From Actinomycetota bacterium (GTDB lineage Bacteria; Actinomycetota; Thermoleophilia; RBG-16-64-13), in NCBI GenBank assembly GCA_016278725.1, contig JADQBG010000008.1, positions 1,680-65,679 on the forward strand: DNA of 64,000 bases. Direction: 5' to 3'. Under the pieces are notes generated by a model. That model was not told the origin of the DNA. It did not search any database and saw only the letters and a list, made by a program, of their open reading frames with translations. This document shows positions 63,355-64,000 of the stretch, piece by piece; within the stretch, counting starts at the first letter, position 1, and each line of letters begins with the position of its first letter. Made by a program: the position numbers and the translations under genes.

Positions 63355-64000
63355 GATCGCACCTCCGATTGGGGGCTCTCCACTCTGCCGGCCATGGCGC
63401 TTTCCTCCTCGCGACGCTTCTTCGGGTGGAGCACGGTTCGCACCAAGTTGGTGGTGACGTCGCGAACCCCGCCGCGGCGCACGAGGGCGATTATCTCGGC
63501 CGCAGTCTCGCGCCTGGAGTCGTCGGCCCAGCGGCAATGGCAGTCGTGCAGGGGGAGACCGCCGATCCGAGCCACGCGGGCGATGGCCTTCTCGTCGCTG
63601 AGGTAGAGGGGGCGGATCACGGTCAGCCGGCCCCCGAATAGGGGCTGGCGCGGGAGCATGCTCTCGTGGCGCCCCTGCCAGAAAAGGTTGAGGAGCAGGG
63701 TCTGGGCGGCGTCGTCCTTGTGATGGCCAAGAGCGAGCAGACGGCAGTCCTCTTCCTGCGCCAATTCGAGCAGCCGCTTGCGCCGCCGCCAAGAGCACAG
63801 GAAGCAGGGTGACTTCCCGGATTCGCTCACCTCGGTCTCGGTGGGAACGGTGTGGTCCTCGACCACGCGTAGGGGCACGCCCAGTTCCTCGCAATGCGCG
63901 CCCAGCCGGGCGGCGTATTCGCATCCCGGTGCGCAACCACCGTCCACCAGGTGGCCCGCCACCAGCCCGTAGTCGTCCGGGCGCCAGCGCTTGCGCAGGG
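63351..64000 (-). CDS. ttcA: TtcA-family tRNA thiolation PP-loop protein, 5' end off the right edge
   Basis: SPCFLCSWRRRK, ALGHHKDD, IRPL, C.C.W; the frame is open to the window edge. Confidence 0.85.
   Translation of the reverse strand, partial: LRKRWRPDDYGLVAGHLVDGGCAPGCEYAARLGAHCEELGVPLRVVEDHTVPTETEVSESGKSPCFLCSWRRRKRLLELAQEEDCRLLALGHHKDDAAQTLLLNLFWQGRHESMLPRQPLFGGRLTVIRPLYLSDEKAIARVARIGGLPLHDCHCRWADDSRRETAAEIIALVRRGGVRDVTTNLVRTVLHPKKRREEESAMAGRVESPQSEVRS

Noticed and set aside
100-63972. Many long ORFs in the track overlapping called genes (e.g. 100-1092, 18475-20325, 23466-24389, 26173-27903, 42696-44252, 49855-51492)
   Set aside because: Antisense or alternative-frame shadows typical of high-GC DNA: Arg/Pro/Gly-rich, no motifs, and fully overlapped by motif-supported genes.
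1-64000. tRNA, rRNA, tmRNA, CRISPR array, integrase or full transposase
   Set aside because: No cloverleaf/T-loop context, rRNA-like segment, regular repeat-spacer array or recombinase motif seen by eye; tRNAscan-SE, Infernal and CRISPRCasFinder would confirm.

Overview
High-GC bacterial DNA. RBS style, SLH-anchored proteins, rubrerythrin and an A/V-type ATPase suggest an anaerobic Actinomycetota such as Thermoleophilia (inference, not proven). There are three zones. (1) 1-2.5 kb is the 5' part of an A/V-type ATP synthase operon (H/G, I, K; minus strand, running off the left edge). (2) About 2.6-21 kb is a dense toxin-antitoxin/defence island with no integrase or tRNA. It holds eight TA pairs (four VapBC-type, DUF433/DUF5615, HTH-MNT/HEPN, AbiEi/AbiEii, MntA/HepT), three orphan antitoxins, a 42-aa copy of an antitoxin tail, a DUF2075 nuclease-helicase, an orphan IS21-type end, and remnants of a GmrSD-like protein and a HerA ATPase. 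It also contains a co-directional 7-gene run (15838-20289) led by a protein I read as NDT-like + ATP-cone + coiled coil + RelE-like, followed by HD, HigA, MntA, HepT, HIT and HNH. This run is the best candidate for an undescribed nucleotide-sensing defence system. (3) 21-64 kb is mostly housekeeping and accessory genes: XRE/PHP/vWA divergon, prfC, SDR, DUF2779 nuclease, MFS/APC/EamA/ABC transporters, GH13, rubrerythrin, recQ, maa, three SLH-type surface proteins, STAS/PP2C and ttcA, plus several pseudogene fragments. Several genes appear to start at CTG, two of them with a strong RBS and a CTGA stop/start overlap. I found no rRNA, tRNA, CRISPR array or intact transposase. All protein assignments come from motif recognition by eye, not database searches.
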